A stretch of DNA of 64,000 bases from Octopus vulgaris (lineage: Eukaryota). The translations under genes and the position numbers were made by a program. Below, one piece after another: positions 24,508-39,098 of the stretch. Under the pieces are notes generated by a model, which made no database searches, was not told the origin of the DNA, and saw only the letters and a program-made list of their open reading frames with translations. The stretch's first letter is position 1. The number at the start of each line of letters is the position of its first letter. The DNA is taken from NCBI GenBank assembly GCA_951406725.2, contig OX597834.1, positions 43,834,001 through 43,898,000 on the forward strand. The letters run 5' to 3'.

Positions 24508-25681
24508 GTATATATATGAGAGAGAGGCAGAAGGAAGGAAGCACTCAATACAGGGTGTTGAGTTTATTTGAATCTACTCCGATATTTTTTTCTTTCTGTT
24601 CCCGATGTCACAACGATATTTATCTGCAGCGTATGCATGAATGTATGTATGTACGGATGTATATCTATATGTATATGCGTGAGATGTGTATGTGTGTGTG
24701 TGCGTGTGTGTAGGAGTGCGTATGTGTGTATTAATATTTCGATGTGAGGACCGATATACTCAATACACGCACTAACACGTTTCCCCTTCATCCCCTCTGT
24801 TTTTCTGTTTTCCATCTCTCTCTCTCTCTCTCACTACTCCCTTGTCTCTCCTTGTATTTCCTCTCTCTCTTTCTCTCTCTCTCTTTCTAACCCCCTCTCT
24901 CCCAAACCCCCTCTCTCTCTAACACCCTCTTTCTCTAACCCCCTCTCTCTAATCCCCTCTATCTCTCTATCCCTCTCTCTTTCAACCCCCTCTCTCTCTC
25001 TAACCCCCTCTCTCTCTCTCTAACCCCTCTCTCTCTCTTACCCCCTCTCTCTTTCTCCCTCTCTCTCTCTCTCTCTCTCTATCGCACTCCCTACACACAC
25101 ACACGCACACGATGCCAAAGAGTTATTGAGTCTAATTGTTTCTCCTTTTTTGTTGTTCCAATTCTCCATTCTTTCTTTCTATATATACATTCCCCCACCC
25201 TCCACCCCCCACCCCCCACTTATTTTACCATTTTTAAAGTCGTTTCATTCATTGACGACATCCAAGTTTGATAATGTTTCATAAAAAAAAAAAACAACCC
25301 CCATACAGGATAGGAAGTAGAGTAAGTGGAATAAACGAATAGTGTTGGCGATCTATTCACATCGATATAGTAAGAGTTACACCTCGGTGCACAACATCGA
25401 TGAAATTGAGGCGTTAAGAATATTCTTTAAAAATATTCTCATTTCATTTGGACAATTTTAGAATGCTTTCCAATTTGGTCCAACAACAGAAAACACTGTT
25501 ATTTTACACACATATTTCTCTCTCTCGTCTATATGCGTCTACGTATGCAAACATATACACATTTAGAAAAAATCGCCAACAGCCTGAGGTGTTAACGTCT
25601 ATATGCGTCTACGTATGCAAGTATGTTTGTGAGTGTGGGGTGCATATAATGTGTGTGTGTGAGTGTGGAGGTATATATATG

Positions 25682-25712
<31 letters not shown>

Positions 25713-25875
25713 ATGTATATATGCGTGTGTGTATGTGTGTGTGTGCATATATGCACTTACAGAAGTATATCACAAATGTAGTTATATTTATATCTATGTA
25801 GGTATATATATATAACGATTATATACACATATATGTGTATATGATGAGTATATAAGTATATGAGTGTGTATGTAA

Positions 25876-25920
<45 letters not shown>

Positions 25921-25992
25921 CCTGTACGTACATTTATCTACACATATGGGTATATAAGTGCGTATACAAAGTGTATTAATATAAATATGTGC

Positions 25993-26028
<36 letters not shown>

Positions 26029-26130
26029 ATATATATATAAGTATGCATGTGTGAATATATGTATGTGTCGGTGTGCGTGTGCATGCCAGTCTGTGCAACT
26101 ATTTATATATATATATGTATATATATATAT

Positions 26131-26223
<93 letters not shown>

Positions 26224-26252
26224 TGTATGTATGTATGTATATATTTATACAC

Positions 26253-26342
<90 letters not shown>

Positions 26343-26504
26343 AAGCAATCACAGTCACACATGCGCAGGCAAACATTTTTGTGATTGCACTTCTTTTTCC
26401 CGGTTTATGCTTCTTCTTTTCACTGCATTTGAAGTTGTTGTTGTTGTTGTTATTGTGGCTGCTGCTGCTGTTGTTGTTCTTGACATTATTATCTTGTTAT
26501 TATT

Positions 26505-26535
<31 letters not shown>

Positions 26536-26653
26536 ATATTGTTATTGTTGTTGTTTTTATTTGCATCGTTGCGGTCGACACTGTTACTACTGCTTAATGC
26601 ATCGGGCACTATAAGTGTGTAAGTGCTTGTACGTGTGTGTGTGTGTGTGTGTG

Positions 26654-26700
<47 letters not shown>

Positions 26701-26817
26701 GGGGAGAGAGAGACATAAATTCATATACGTTTATATATATATATATGATATATGTATATATCGTATATATATCATATAGATTATATATGTATATATATAT
26801 ATGGTATATATATATAT

Positions 26818-26859
<42 letters not shown>

Positions 26860-26868
26860 CACACACAA

Positions 26869-26899
<31 letters not shown>

Positions 26900-27022
26900 C
26901 ATATATATATACATACATACATATATACACGTGTGAGTGGAGAGAGAGAGGAGGGAGAGAAAGCGAGAGAGACATTCATTATATATATAAATATACATAT
27001 GCATCATATATATATTATGTAT

Positions 27023-27074
<52 letters not shown>

Positions 27075-27388
27075 TGTATGTATGTATGTGTGTTTTTGTG
27101 TGTGCTTGTGGGGAGGGTGCGTGTGTGTACATACACATGCACCATCACACATATAATTATATACATCCATACATACATATTTCTACATGTATATGCATAC
27201 GTTTTTTTTATACACATGCACGTATATCTATGTGTGTGTACGTGCGTGTGTTTTTGTGTGTGTGTATGTGTGTGTGCTGTGTGTGCGTGTATTAACTGCG
27301 TTATATGCGTTTTGATACTTATCAATCTTGCCGACATTTGTTCATATATGTATATAGACATATCTCTACATCTGTATCTAGGTGTGTA

Positions 27389-27430
<42 letters not shown>

Positions 27431-28061
27431 TTGCGCCTGCATGTATGTATAGGCTCTAAAAATGATACCTATAAGTAGTGAAAGCATTATATCTACAAAC
27501 ACAATCAATTTTACAATCATCATGTGTGTGTGTGTGTGGTTGTGTCTGTGTTTTTGTGTATGTGTGTTTTCGGTGTTCTTTTTTGTTTTTTCTGTTTTCA
27601 ATCTTTTTTTCTGTATATATATATGCATGTGTGTTTGTATTGTATTTGTGCAATGGTGGGTGATGCTGAGTTAAAATGTCCAATGTCTATGAACCAGTAA
27701 ATAAAACATTTACAGGATGTTCAGGGGTGGGAGGTGCAAAAGGAAGAGGAGGGGCAACAGGAGGAAGACGAAGAGGAAGACGAAGAAGATGAGGTGGTAG
27801 TGAGGGTGGGGATGGAGCAAATGGTTGGACTTTTTAATGGTGATGGTCATCACGATGATGATGACGACGACGACGATGATGATGATGATGATGACCACAA
27901 TAATAAATACACTAATGGTGATGAGGATGATGATGATGACGATTGTGATCATGATGGTGCCCTTGATAACTTTTCCCAAATCGTTCCTAACAGCTTTCGA
28001 GTCTTGGACACTCGAGTTCGATACCATTGATATCTATCTTAGACAAACATCATTTTTTTGT

Positions 28062-28140
28062 CTCGCAATTTCAGCTGATTAACCTTGAGATTGCTCCAAT
28101 CTGGCCAACCCCAAGGAAAATCTAAGCTAAGAATATTAGA
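28062..28140 (+). repeat. Interspersed repeat shared with 56812-56890
   Basis: ctcgcaattt(c)a/ggctgattaa.cttgagattgctccaatctgg.caaccccaaggaaaa.ctaagctaaga..attaga present at both sites. Confidence 0.85.
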
Positions 28141-28231
28141 TTCCTAGGAAAAAAAGCATCAAATGTATACGAAACAAGGACGGAAAAACAGACGATGTTA
28201 CACGAATATGAATACAAATTTACAATAAAAG

Positions 28232-28295
<64 letters not shown>

Positions 28296-28539
28296 TAGGA
28301 ATGGGTAAGAATAAACGGGTTTCTTGATGACATTATGGTAACAGTTAGAGTACGAGTGTTTGTAGAATATGCGAACACATACTCTGGTACACACTCACAT
28401 ATGTATGTATGCATGTATGTATGTTTGTATGCATGTATGTATGTATGTATGTATGTATGTATGTATGTATGTATGTATGTATGTATGTATGTATGTATGT
28501 ATGTATGTATGTATTCATTTATGTATGCATGTATAACCA

Positions 28540-28830
28540 CCTGGTTCCAGGTTCAGTCCCACTTTGTGACAACTTGGGCAAGTGTCTTCTTCTATAGCCT
28601 CGAGCCGACCAAATCCTTGTGAGTGGATTTGGTAGACAGAAACTGAAAGAAGCCCGTCGTATATCTATGTGTGTGTGTGTGTATTTGTGTGTGTCGCTTC
28701 ACCATTGCTTGACAACTGATGTTGGTGTGTTTACGTCCCCGTAACCTAGCGGTTCGGCAAAAGAAGCCGATAGAATAAGTACTGGGTCCGATTTGTTCAA
28801 CTAAATTCGGTGTAGCCCATGGCATGGTCC
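28540..28830 (+). mobile_element. SINE family A copy
   Basis: ggttcc.ggttcagtcccact...ttgggcaagtgtcttct...gaaactgaaagaagcccgtcg-(TG)n-ttgcttgacaac.gatg.tggtgtgtttacgtccccg. Confidence 0.85.
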
Positions 28831-29420
28831 AAATAAATAAATGTACGATCAAAGACATCCCAGCTAGAACCGTACCATCTTTATTTCGAACTCTGCATCT
28901 ATGAATCCAAAATTTGATATACCTTTCATATAAAGAATGTAGAATAGATCTTGAAGAATATTTCGCTCCTATTTCGAGCAGATCGAGGACCCACATATAT
29001 GTTCCCATTCTGACTCATGCAGATTATCTCCAAGCAGCGAGAATCACAGAGAATATATTCCAAAAAGTAGTTTCACAGACCGGAATTTTACTCGTCGAAA
29101 GCGACGGAGGATCGATTCAGCATATATACATGTTGGAACATATGTGCATATACGTCATTGTACGTCCGATCCGGTCTGTTATTCTTAATGATAGAGTATA
29201 TTTATAAAGCATTATGGAGAAAGACGGCGTTTACGAGTCACGTGATATTTATGCATTGATGTCAGATCAAACGGACCGCTAGACCAAATCAGTAAATTGA
29301 TGACAAATATTGATCTGTCGCCTGGTTTCTATACACGAACAGACATAAACATGTTCTTGCACAGAGCATCCTACATAAGTGTGTGTATAATACACACACA
29401 GACACACACAGACACACACA

Positions 29421-29490
<70 letters not shown>

Positions 29491-29682
29491 TATATATACA
29501 TTCATACACGCATATAATATTTATTCCGTATTAATGGCTGAGTATTATATACATAGATATCTATATATGTATACATGTATATATGCATATATGCATATAT
29601 AAGTATATGCATATATACATATATGTATATATATTTACACATATATATATACATTCATAAATATATACATACATACGTATAA

Positions 29683-29729
<47 letters not shown>

Positions 29730-29784
29730 CGTGTGTGTGTTTGTGTGTGTGTATAGCATATATACATATATGCATGTATATATT

Positions 29785-29825
<41 letters not shown>

Positions 29826-29932
29826 GTATATATATATATATACATACATACATACATACATACATACATACATACATACATACATACATACATACATACA
29901 TACATACATGCATACATACATACATACATACA

Positions 29933-29968
<36 letters not shown>

Positions 29969-30557
29969 TATTCACCACATTACAACATTACGTACTGAAG
30001 TCACATGATGCGTCGTATAAGGTGGGTGGCGGAGGAAAGTTTCGAAAATTCACTTAAATATATGAAGACATTGTAAATTATCGTTACGAATTCGCTCGTT
30101 ACGTCACAAAGTCATATGCGCCGAATGGAATTGGTTGATTGTTCGGCATATGGAACCAGAATTCTATGAGGATGTGTGAGTGTATCTATGAGTATGTGCG
30201 TGTGTGTATGCGTGTGTGTGTATTTATTTGTATGTGTGTAGGGGGGAAAACAATTATTTTGCTGATTAATGTAAGGTTTTTTTTATCATTTCCTTATCTC
30301 TCACTTGTTTCATTCATTAGTCTGCGATCATGCTGGGGCACCGCCCTGAAGAATTTTAGTCCAGCAAATCAAGTCCAGGATTTAATTTTGTTTTATCGGT
30401 CTCTCTTGCCGAACCGCCAGCGTTACAATGACGTGTAAATACACCAACTGTGATTGCCAGGCCATAATGGGGATACCAAAAACACCCTACACACACACAC
30501 ACACACACGCACCCACGCACATACACATACATATATACATATATATGTACATGTAAA

Positions 30558-30593
<36 letters not shown>

Positions 30594-30632
30594 TTATATA
30601 TATATACATATATATACTTATACATATACATG

Positions 30633-30743
<111 letters not shown>

Positions 30744-32236
30744 CTCCATCGGATGCGTAAGGAGCCATGTTACAGTTGATATGTGGGTTTGATTCTAGCT
30801 GGTTTTAGCTCATCATTTCTTAGTCAATTGTTTACATAAGTATCGCTTGAAAACGGTGTATATGTATATTATTATTGTGATATGCTATTATATTCCTTTA
30901 CTTGTTTCAGTCATTTGACTACTACCATGCTGGAGCACTGCCTTTAGTCGAACAAATCGATCCCCACGACTTATTCGTTGAAAGCCTAGTACTTATTCTA
31001 TCACTCTCATTTTTTTTATCTTCGTCATTTTCTTCTTCTTCTTCATCTTCTTCTTCTTCTTCTTCTTCTTCTTCTTCTCTTTCTTCTTCTTCATCTTCTT
31101 CTTCTTCTTCTTCTTCTTCTTCTTCTCTTTCTTCTTCTTCTTCTTCTTCTTCCACTTCTTCTTCTGCTGCTGCTGCTGCTGCTGCTTCTTCTTTTTCTCT
31201 TCTTCTTCATCATGATCATTATCTTCTTCTATTACTACTACTAATTTCCTTCCATCTTTATCTTCTTCATCTTCATTTTCTTCTACTTCCTCCTCCTCCT
31301 CCTCCTCCTTTTCTTTCTCTTTCTTCTGCCCCTACTCCTACTACCTTCTCTTTCGACTTATTTTCTTCATCTTCATTTTCCTCTTCCTCGTTCTTCGTCC
31401 TTTCATCAGTATAGTCTTTCCTTCCTAAATTTTCTTCTCTTCCCCATCTTCATTCTCCTCCATCTTCGTCATCTTTCTTCTCCTCCTCTTCCTTCTCCAC
31501 CTCCTCATCATCATCATCTTCGTTACTCTTGTTCCTCGTCATATTGTCTCTTTCTTTTTATCCTTCTCCTCCTTCTTCAACTCTCTCTCTTTCTCTTTCC
31601 CTTCCTCGCTCTCCCTCTTCCTCTCTCTTTCATTTTATAGAAACATTCTCTTATTTATCTCGTTCACCAATAAAATTAATACAACACATTTCCACACGTG
31701 ATTTTACGTGATTTCCCAGTTTTGTTATCACTAAGTTTTAATTAAACGCTGATTCAGCCATTACTATCTTTGCCACCTCTCTCTCCCTCTCTCCCCCTCT
31801 TCCCCTCCCCCCCTCTCTCTCTCTCTGTATATATATATTCATTTCTTTCTGTCTATCACCCTTTCCGTTTGTCATTCAATTTTTTCTATCTAAATCTTCT
31901 TTCCTTTCTCGCCTTCCTCTCTTTTTTATTTTTCTTCCCCTATTTCTTTCTCTTTCTTTTTTCTTACAAGCTCTCTGTCTCCCTAACGTATATTCTTTCT
32001 TTCTTTCTTCCTTTATTTATTTATTTACTTTTCCCTCTTTTTTTCTTTTTCTTTTTTAATTGGGAAAGCTCTCTGTCTCCCTAACGTATATTCTTTCTTT
32101 CTTTCTTCCTTTATTTATTTATTTACTCTTTCCCTCTTTTTTTCTTTTGCTGTGAATAATGAAGGTTAATTGGGAAATGTTGTAATTGATGTTTTTTTTA
32201 AATTACCGTGTTGATGTTGTTATTATTATTATTATA

Positions 32237-32269
<33 letters not shown>

Positions 32270-32654
32270 CATTATTATTATTATCATCATCATCATCATC
32301 TTTTTTAATTTATTTCATTGTATTCGAAAAATTTAAAGAAATCTTGGCAATTGAAATAGCTTCTTTTGTTCAAGCTGGAAATATAGGCTTACTGGAGGAA
32401 TAGTGTTGTTGCTGTTGTTGATGGTGCTGGTGCTGGTGGTGGTCGTCGTCGTCATTGTCATTGAGGTGGGGGTGAGGGTGGTGGAGGAAGCTGAGTGTGA
32501 TTGTGTTGGAGGGTGGAGGTGTGTTCATTGTTTCTTTTAATTGGAAACCTAATTTCGTATATATTTCTCTAATTTGTTGGTGTTACGACTACCATCACCA
32601 CGACTACTACTCCTGCTACTACTAATACTACTACTACTAATAATAATAATAATA

Positions 32655-32714
<60 letters not shown>

Positions 32715-32925
32715 TCAAATTTTTGTCGCAAGGACAATTTGGGGGAAGGTGGGGTTGAGTCGATGACATCGACCCCAGTGCTCAATTGGTACTTATATTT
32801 TCGACCCCGAAAAGATGAAAGGCAAAGTCGACCTCGGCGGAATTTGAACTCAGAACGTAGCGGCGGGTGAAATACTGCTAAGCATTTCGTCCAGCGTGCC
32901 AACGATTCTGCCAGCTCGCCACCTT
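32715..32925 (-). mobile_element. SINE family B, full length, alternative tail
   Basis: gatgaaaggcaaagtcgacctcggcggaatttgaactcagaacgtag...ctgccagctcgccacc. Confidence 0.85.
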
Positions 32926-33010
32926 AACTACTACTACTGAATAACACATTATAGCTTCATGAGGGCTTCGAATATTAAGTGCAATTTATTTGGGGAATTT
33001 GTACCTATAT

Positions 33011-33412
33011 AGGCGTAAGAGTGGCCATGTGGTAACTTGCTTACTAACCACATGGTTCCGGGTTCAGTCCCACTGCATGGCACCTTTGGCAAGTGTCTTC
33101 TACTATAGACTCGGGCCGACCAAAGCCTTGTGAGTGGATTTGGTAGAGGGAAATTGAAATAGCCCGTCGTATATATGTGTATATATATGTATGTGTATAT
33201 GTTTGTGTGTCTGTGTTTGTCCCCTTCCCCCACATCGCTTGGCAACAGATGCTGGTGTGTTTACGTCCCCGTAACTTAGGGGCTCTGTAAAAAAGAGACC
33301 GATCGAATAAGTACTAGGCTTACAAAGAATAAGTCCTGGGGTCGATTTGCTCGACAAAAGGCGGTGCTCCAGCATGGCCACAGTCAAATGACTGAAACAA
33401 GTAAATAAGTAA
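33011..33412 (+). mobile_element. SINE family A, full length
   Basis: Colinear with 5768-6202. Confidence 0.9.
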
Positions 33413-33904
33413 AAGGAAGTAAAGTGTATAGGGAACAGCATCAACAATGCGAGAAGTCAAAACAGACGTATATTAGAAAAGTGTAAAGCAGAAACAGCCG
33501 TAAGCTAACGGAGTTCATAAGATAATCATTTTTGCCTTTGTCGTCTTTCTTTCTTATTGCCGCTCTATACTCAGCTAACACTTCCTTCTGAAATATGCCC
33601 CAGCATGGTCGCAGTCTAACGACTGAAGCAAGTAAAAGATAAAACATGATATATATGGTTTGGATAAATAAATAACAGAAACTCGCCCCAAGGTGAGCGC
33701 ATGACGGGACAGATCTTCAGAGGAAGAATTCTTTTCCAACAAGTGTTTCGGTCCTTATTTGTGACACTCTGCGAGAGTTGGACCCACCCAGGTCATAACG
33801 CCTAGGTGTTCTTCTGTAAAAATCCTTCTGAAACATGCCCCAACATGGCCGCAGTCTATATGAGTGAAAAAAGTAACAGATAAGACAAGATATATATACT
33901 CATA

Positions 33905-34127
33905 TATATGGAAGTCTTATGTGATACTGGCTATGTTTTGTATGGAAGACAATATGGAAGACGTATTTCATGGCAAATGTGCGTATGAAGTATTTATGTA
34001 TGGAAGATTATTCATGAAGGACCTATTTTATGAAAGACCTGTGTACGATACATTCATGTGTGGAAGCCTATATAGGGAAGACTTATATAAGAAAGATTTA
34101 ACTATGGAAGACAAATGTATAGGAAAT
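33905..34127 (+). repeat. Degenerate approx. 15-bp tandem repeat (TATGGAAGAC core)
   Basis: tatggaagtc, tatggaagac x3, tatggaagat, catgaaggac, tatgaaagac, tgtggaagcc, tagggaagac. Confidence 0.75.
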
Positions 34128-34239
34128 ATACGCACAGTATATACATGTGTTATGATGTATGCATGTAACTTATATAGTACTTGTATGTAAGTCTGTTTCT
34201 GTCTCTGTCTCTGTCTACCTCACTCTATCTCTCTATCTG

Positions 34240-34299
<60 letters not shown>

Positions 34300-35022
34300 A
34301 ACAGCTGTCCCACGACGACTAAAACTGTAATGATACCTGAGACGTTTCTCTGTAGATTGAGGAAAAAATTATGTACAACCTTAATCAATTTTCGTATCTT
34401 ATTTAGCTCTCATCAGTGGTGTTTCCATCAGTTTGATGAATCCCAGAGAAACAAGCAACCCATCTGTTTATTTACTCCAAAACTTACGCTGGCTACAGAT
34501 AACCACAGCAACAAACTGATGTACCGTAGGTGTGAACACTTTGGAAGACCTTATATAACAGCACGAAAAACTTACTGGCCAAAGATGTATGCGTTGAAGA
34601 TGAACGTATGACAGACGAAATCAGAATCTCTCGTAAAATGATTTTCAAATTATAATCAAATTACCCACGCAAAAAAAACAAGAAATCTTTGTCTTGCGCC
34701 TCTTAAATGAATAAGAAGAGGTTTAATAGTTTTGACACCCTAAAATACAACCAATCTAAAATTTTCTCAATAGAAATCTCACACTTTCAGCCACCGAAGA
34801 CTGTGCTTTGAGTAGGCGGCTAATCGTTTTTATATTCTTTTTCATTTATTTTATTTTTTTTCCGTTTTTGTCTGTTTCGTTTATTTTTTTGTTGTCAATT
34901 AATTAGTGTGTCTTGTACTGGTGTGTCTTTGTCCATTTATTATGATATTTGCTAATTAAGAAGTTTGTTACTTCTGTCTGTCTGCCTGTCCACCTGTCTG
35001 TCTCTGTCTCTGTCTCTGTCTG

Positions 35023-35076
<54 letters not shown>

Positions 35077-35522
35077 AACAGTTGTCCTTCAACAGCTGTC
35101 CCACGACGACTAAAACGGTAATGATACCTCAGACGTTTTTGTCTAAACACAGAACATTAATTGGCACCCAGTACATTGTTGACGTTGTCGTCGTCGTCAT
35201 CTATCCCCCTTCTCCTCCTTCTACTCCTCCTTGTCAGCATCATCACCATCATCATCATCCACATCAACATCATTATTATGGACCATCCTCATTATCGCAA
35301 TAAAAATCATCATCATCATCATCGCCACCTTTAACATCATCCTCACTGTCACCACAGCCATCCTCCTCTTCCTCATCATCATCATCATCGTCATCATTGT
35401 CATCGTCATCATTGTCGTCGTCATCGTTGTCGTCGGCGTCAACGTGATCGTCATCAAGTCGACATCATTACCACAACCACCACCATCATCATCATCGTCG
35501 TCGTCGTCGTCGTCATCATCAT

Positions 35523-35652
<130 letters not shown>

Positions 35653-35896
35653 GTCGTCGTCGTCGTCGTCGTAAGCAAGGCGGCGAACTGGCTGAATTGC
35701 TGCACGCAAGCCGAAATGCTTATCGGTATTTCGTCTGTCGCTACGTACTGAGTTCAAATTCTGCCGAGGTTGCATTTCACCCTTTTTTTGGTGGGGGAGG
35801 GGGTCAATGAATTAAGTACCAGTGAAAGACTGGAGTCCATGTAATCCACTATCTTCAACCCACCAAATTTCATGCCATATATCTCCATTAGAAAGG

Positions 35897-35929
<33 letters not shown>

Positions 35930-36037
35930 GCTATTGTTGTTGTTGTTGTTGTTGTTGTCATCGTCGTCGTCGTCGTCATCAACATCATCATCAACATCAT
36001 CATCATCATCATCATCATCATTATCATCGTCGTCGAC

Positions 36038-36081
<44 letters not shown>

Positions 36082-36415
36082 CATTATTATTATTATAATT
36101 TTTATTGGTGTTGTTGCTACTACTGCTGCTGATGGCGATTTTGATGATGATGATGATGATGATGATGACGACGACGACGACGACAACGATGATGATGATG
36201 ATGTAGTTCGTGTTGCTGTTATTATTATTTATTAACATATCGTTGTCTTGGTGAACACAAATAAAATGTCTGAAAAATCCGGTTTGCTTTAATGAATTGC
36301 GGAAAAACGACTTTGTAATTACATTTATTAAAACAATCAGAGGCCAATGTTTATTATAACTCTGATTTCGTTTTCGTCTTCACTTCGCAATTGTTCTTGA
36401 TAAGTTAAAGGATGA

Positions 36416-36508
<93 letters not shown>

Positions 36509-37046
36509 GCACACACACACACTCACAAACACAGAGAAGACCTCATATCGCCAATATGACCAAGGAAGCCATTCAAACGCATGGAAGAAAGAGTGAGAGA
36601 AAGTTGGAGCGAAAGACTACAACAGGGGTCGCCATCACTCTCTGCCGGAGCCTCGTGGAGCTTTTAGGTGTTTTCGCTCAATAAACACACACAACGGCCG
36701 GTCTGGGAATCGAAACCGCGAGTCCGCTGCCCTAACCACTGGGCCATTGCACCTCCACGTCCACTTCGATGTACATGTCCCAAATTGTTGTAGCTTGCAC
36801 CGCTGTCATGCAACGGGTTTTGTGTATGTTAATGCGTTTTGTTCGCTTTTACCTCGAAATGTCATCAGGTTGCCCGACTGACATAACTACCGACCTCATC
36901 ACTCTGTCCTTGCAAGTGTGGCACAACAGAAACGATATCTAATCAATTATTTCATTTTCCTGAATGTATTGTCTGCACTTGATTCCAATCTCTTGTTCTA
37001 TTGTTTTATTTCTTGTAATTATCTGTGGTATTTCTTGTAATTTTAT

Positions 37047-37335
37047 TATGTGAAATGGCAGCAACATATGACAAACGAATGACTTTTGTGGAGCCCTACT
37101 GAAAGCCAGCGAGAAGATCAGGCAAAGAATGCTGCGACTACCCGGTCACTGCGTGCGCCACCCTGAAATGGAAGCATCCTGATTAGTCTTGTGGAAGCCA
37201 CGTCATGGCGATGTAAGAAGAGGTAGACGTGGTCTCACTTACATCGACAAATTGGTCGCTGACACAAGTCTGGAGTGCATCCAGGGCCTCGAAGCAGCGA
37301 AGATGGACCGAGAAGTGCAGCGAGTGGACATCTAA
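37047..37335 (+). mobile_element. RTE-like LINE ORF C-terminal fragment (pseudogenised)
   Basis: VKWQQHMTNE*L / GALLKASEKIRQRMLRLPGHCVRHPEMEAS*LVLWKPRHGDVRRGRRGLTYIDKL matches the RTE-type motif RLRxxGHxxR...RGRP..YID. Confidence 0.8.
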
Positions 37336-37502
37336 TGCAGATCCTCTGTTTCTGCTTTGGCTCCAGGGTTTTTGTCTTGTTACATTTTTTCTTTCTTTTA
37401 TTCTGGCTTCTTTGTAGAATATTAAAGTCGTTGGCTGAGCTTTGTGAGAGATTTGACTATTACTTGTAGCAGGCTGTACGACAACAAAAGGGCCCCGCGG
37501 AT

Positions 37503-38236
37503 AGAAGAAGAAGAAGAAGAGGAAGACGAAGAAGAAGAAGAAGAAGAAGAAGAAGAAGAAGAAGAAGAAGAAGACGAAGAAGAAGAAGAAGGAGGAGGAG
37601 GAGGAGGAGAAGAAGAAGAAGAAGAAGAAAGAAGAAGAAGAAGAAGAAGAAGAAGAAGAAGAAGGAGAAGGAAAAGAAGAAGAAGAAGAAGAAGAAGAAG
37701 AAGAAGAAGAAGAAGAAGAAGAAGAAGAAAGAAGAAGAAGAAGAAGAATCGGAAGAAGAAGAATCGGAAGAAGAAGAAGAAGAAGAAGAAGAAGAAGCGG
37801 AAGAAGAAGTAGAAGAAGAAGAAGAAGAAGAAGAAGAAGAAGAAGAAGAAGAAGAAGAAGAAGAAGAAGAAGAAGAAGAAGAAGAAGAAGAAGAAGAAGA
37901 AGAAGAAGAAGAAGAAGACGAAGAAGAAGAAGAAGAAGAAGGAGGAGGAGGAGGAGGAGGAGGAGAAGAAGAAGAAGAAGAAGAAGAAGAAGAAGAAGAA
38001 GGAGGAAGAAGAAGAAGAAGAAGAAGAAGAAGAAGAAGAAGAAGAAGAAGAAGAAGAAGAAGAAGAAGAAGAAGAAGAAGAAGAAGAAGAAGAAGAAGAA
38101 GAAGAAGAAGAAGAAGAAGAAGAAGAAGAAGAAGAAGAAGGAGAAGAAGAAGAAGAAGAAGAAGAAGAAGAAGAAGAAGAAGAAGAAGAAGAAGAAGAAG
38201 AAGAAGAAGAAGAAGAAGAAGAAGAAGAAGAAGAAA
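37503..38236 (+). repeat. Approx. 730-bp (GAA)n tract with GGA/GAC interruptions
   Basis: Direct reading. Confidence 0.97.
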
Positions 38237-38517
38237 CTTAATGTAATAAAGAAAATTGTTGCTTATCGTTTACTTATTTCAGTCATTTGTCTGCGGCCAC
38301 GCTGGGGCATTGCCCTGAAGAATTTTTAGTCGAAAGAATTGTCTTCAGAAATTAATTCTTTTTAAAGACAGTTACCGGTTCAATCGACCTTTTTCGCGGA
38401 GCCACTAACTTACGGGGGCGCATATATGTGTGTGTGTGTGTGTGAGCGTGTGTGAATGGTGTGTCTGTGAAATATGTATGTGTGAGATGTCTGCGTGTAT
38501 ATATATATATGTGTATA

Positions 38518-38570
<53 letters not shown>

Positions 38571-39056
38571 ATACATATACGACGGGATTCTTTCAGTTTC
38601 CGTCTAACAAATCAACGCACAAGGCTTTGATCGGTCCGAAGCTACAGTAGAAGACACGCAGTGGTACGAAACTCGGAACCATGTGGTTGGGAAGCAAGCT
38701 TCTTACCCCACAGCCACACCTGGTCACTTAAAATCGTTTCTATCAGACTGAACACAATTCTGAAACCAAGAGAGGGAGACATTTCTGAAGTTTGCAGGGT
38801 CAGGATATGATGCACTTTTAGAGGTTTTAGGTAGGATCCGCTGTTTCCTTTAGTTACCATTTTAATTAAGATAGTGGCGTTGCTAACGTCGTTATAGCCG
38901 TTCTTATCTACTTGTTTTCTTTTTCTATTTTTTTTTTGCTTTCTTTTTATATATATGCTGAAGCAGTTCTTTATTTTCTTCTTATTGTTATTAGCTGTCA
39001 CCTTTTGGCAAATGAAGAAATTGCCATTATCATTTGTTCTTGTTGCTCGCTTCTGT

Positions 39057-39098
<42 letters not shown>

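Noticed and set aside
27734-28030. Acidic D/E-rich 98-aa ORF
   Set aside because: Built from (GAT)/(GAG) repeats; the other frames are equally open.
33864-34190. 108-aa complex-looking ORF
   Set aside because: Explained by the degenerate TATGGAAGAC tandem repeat.
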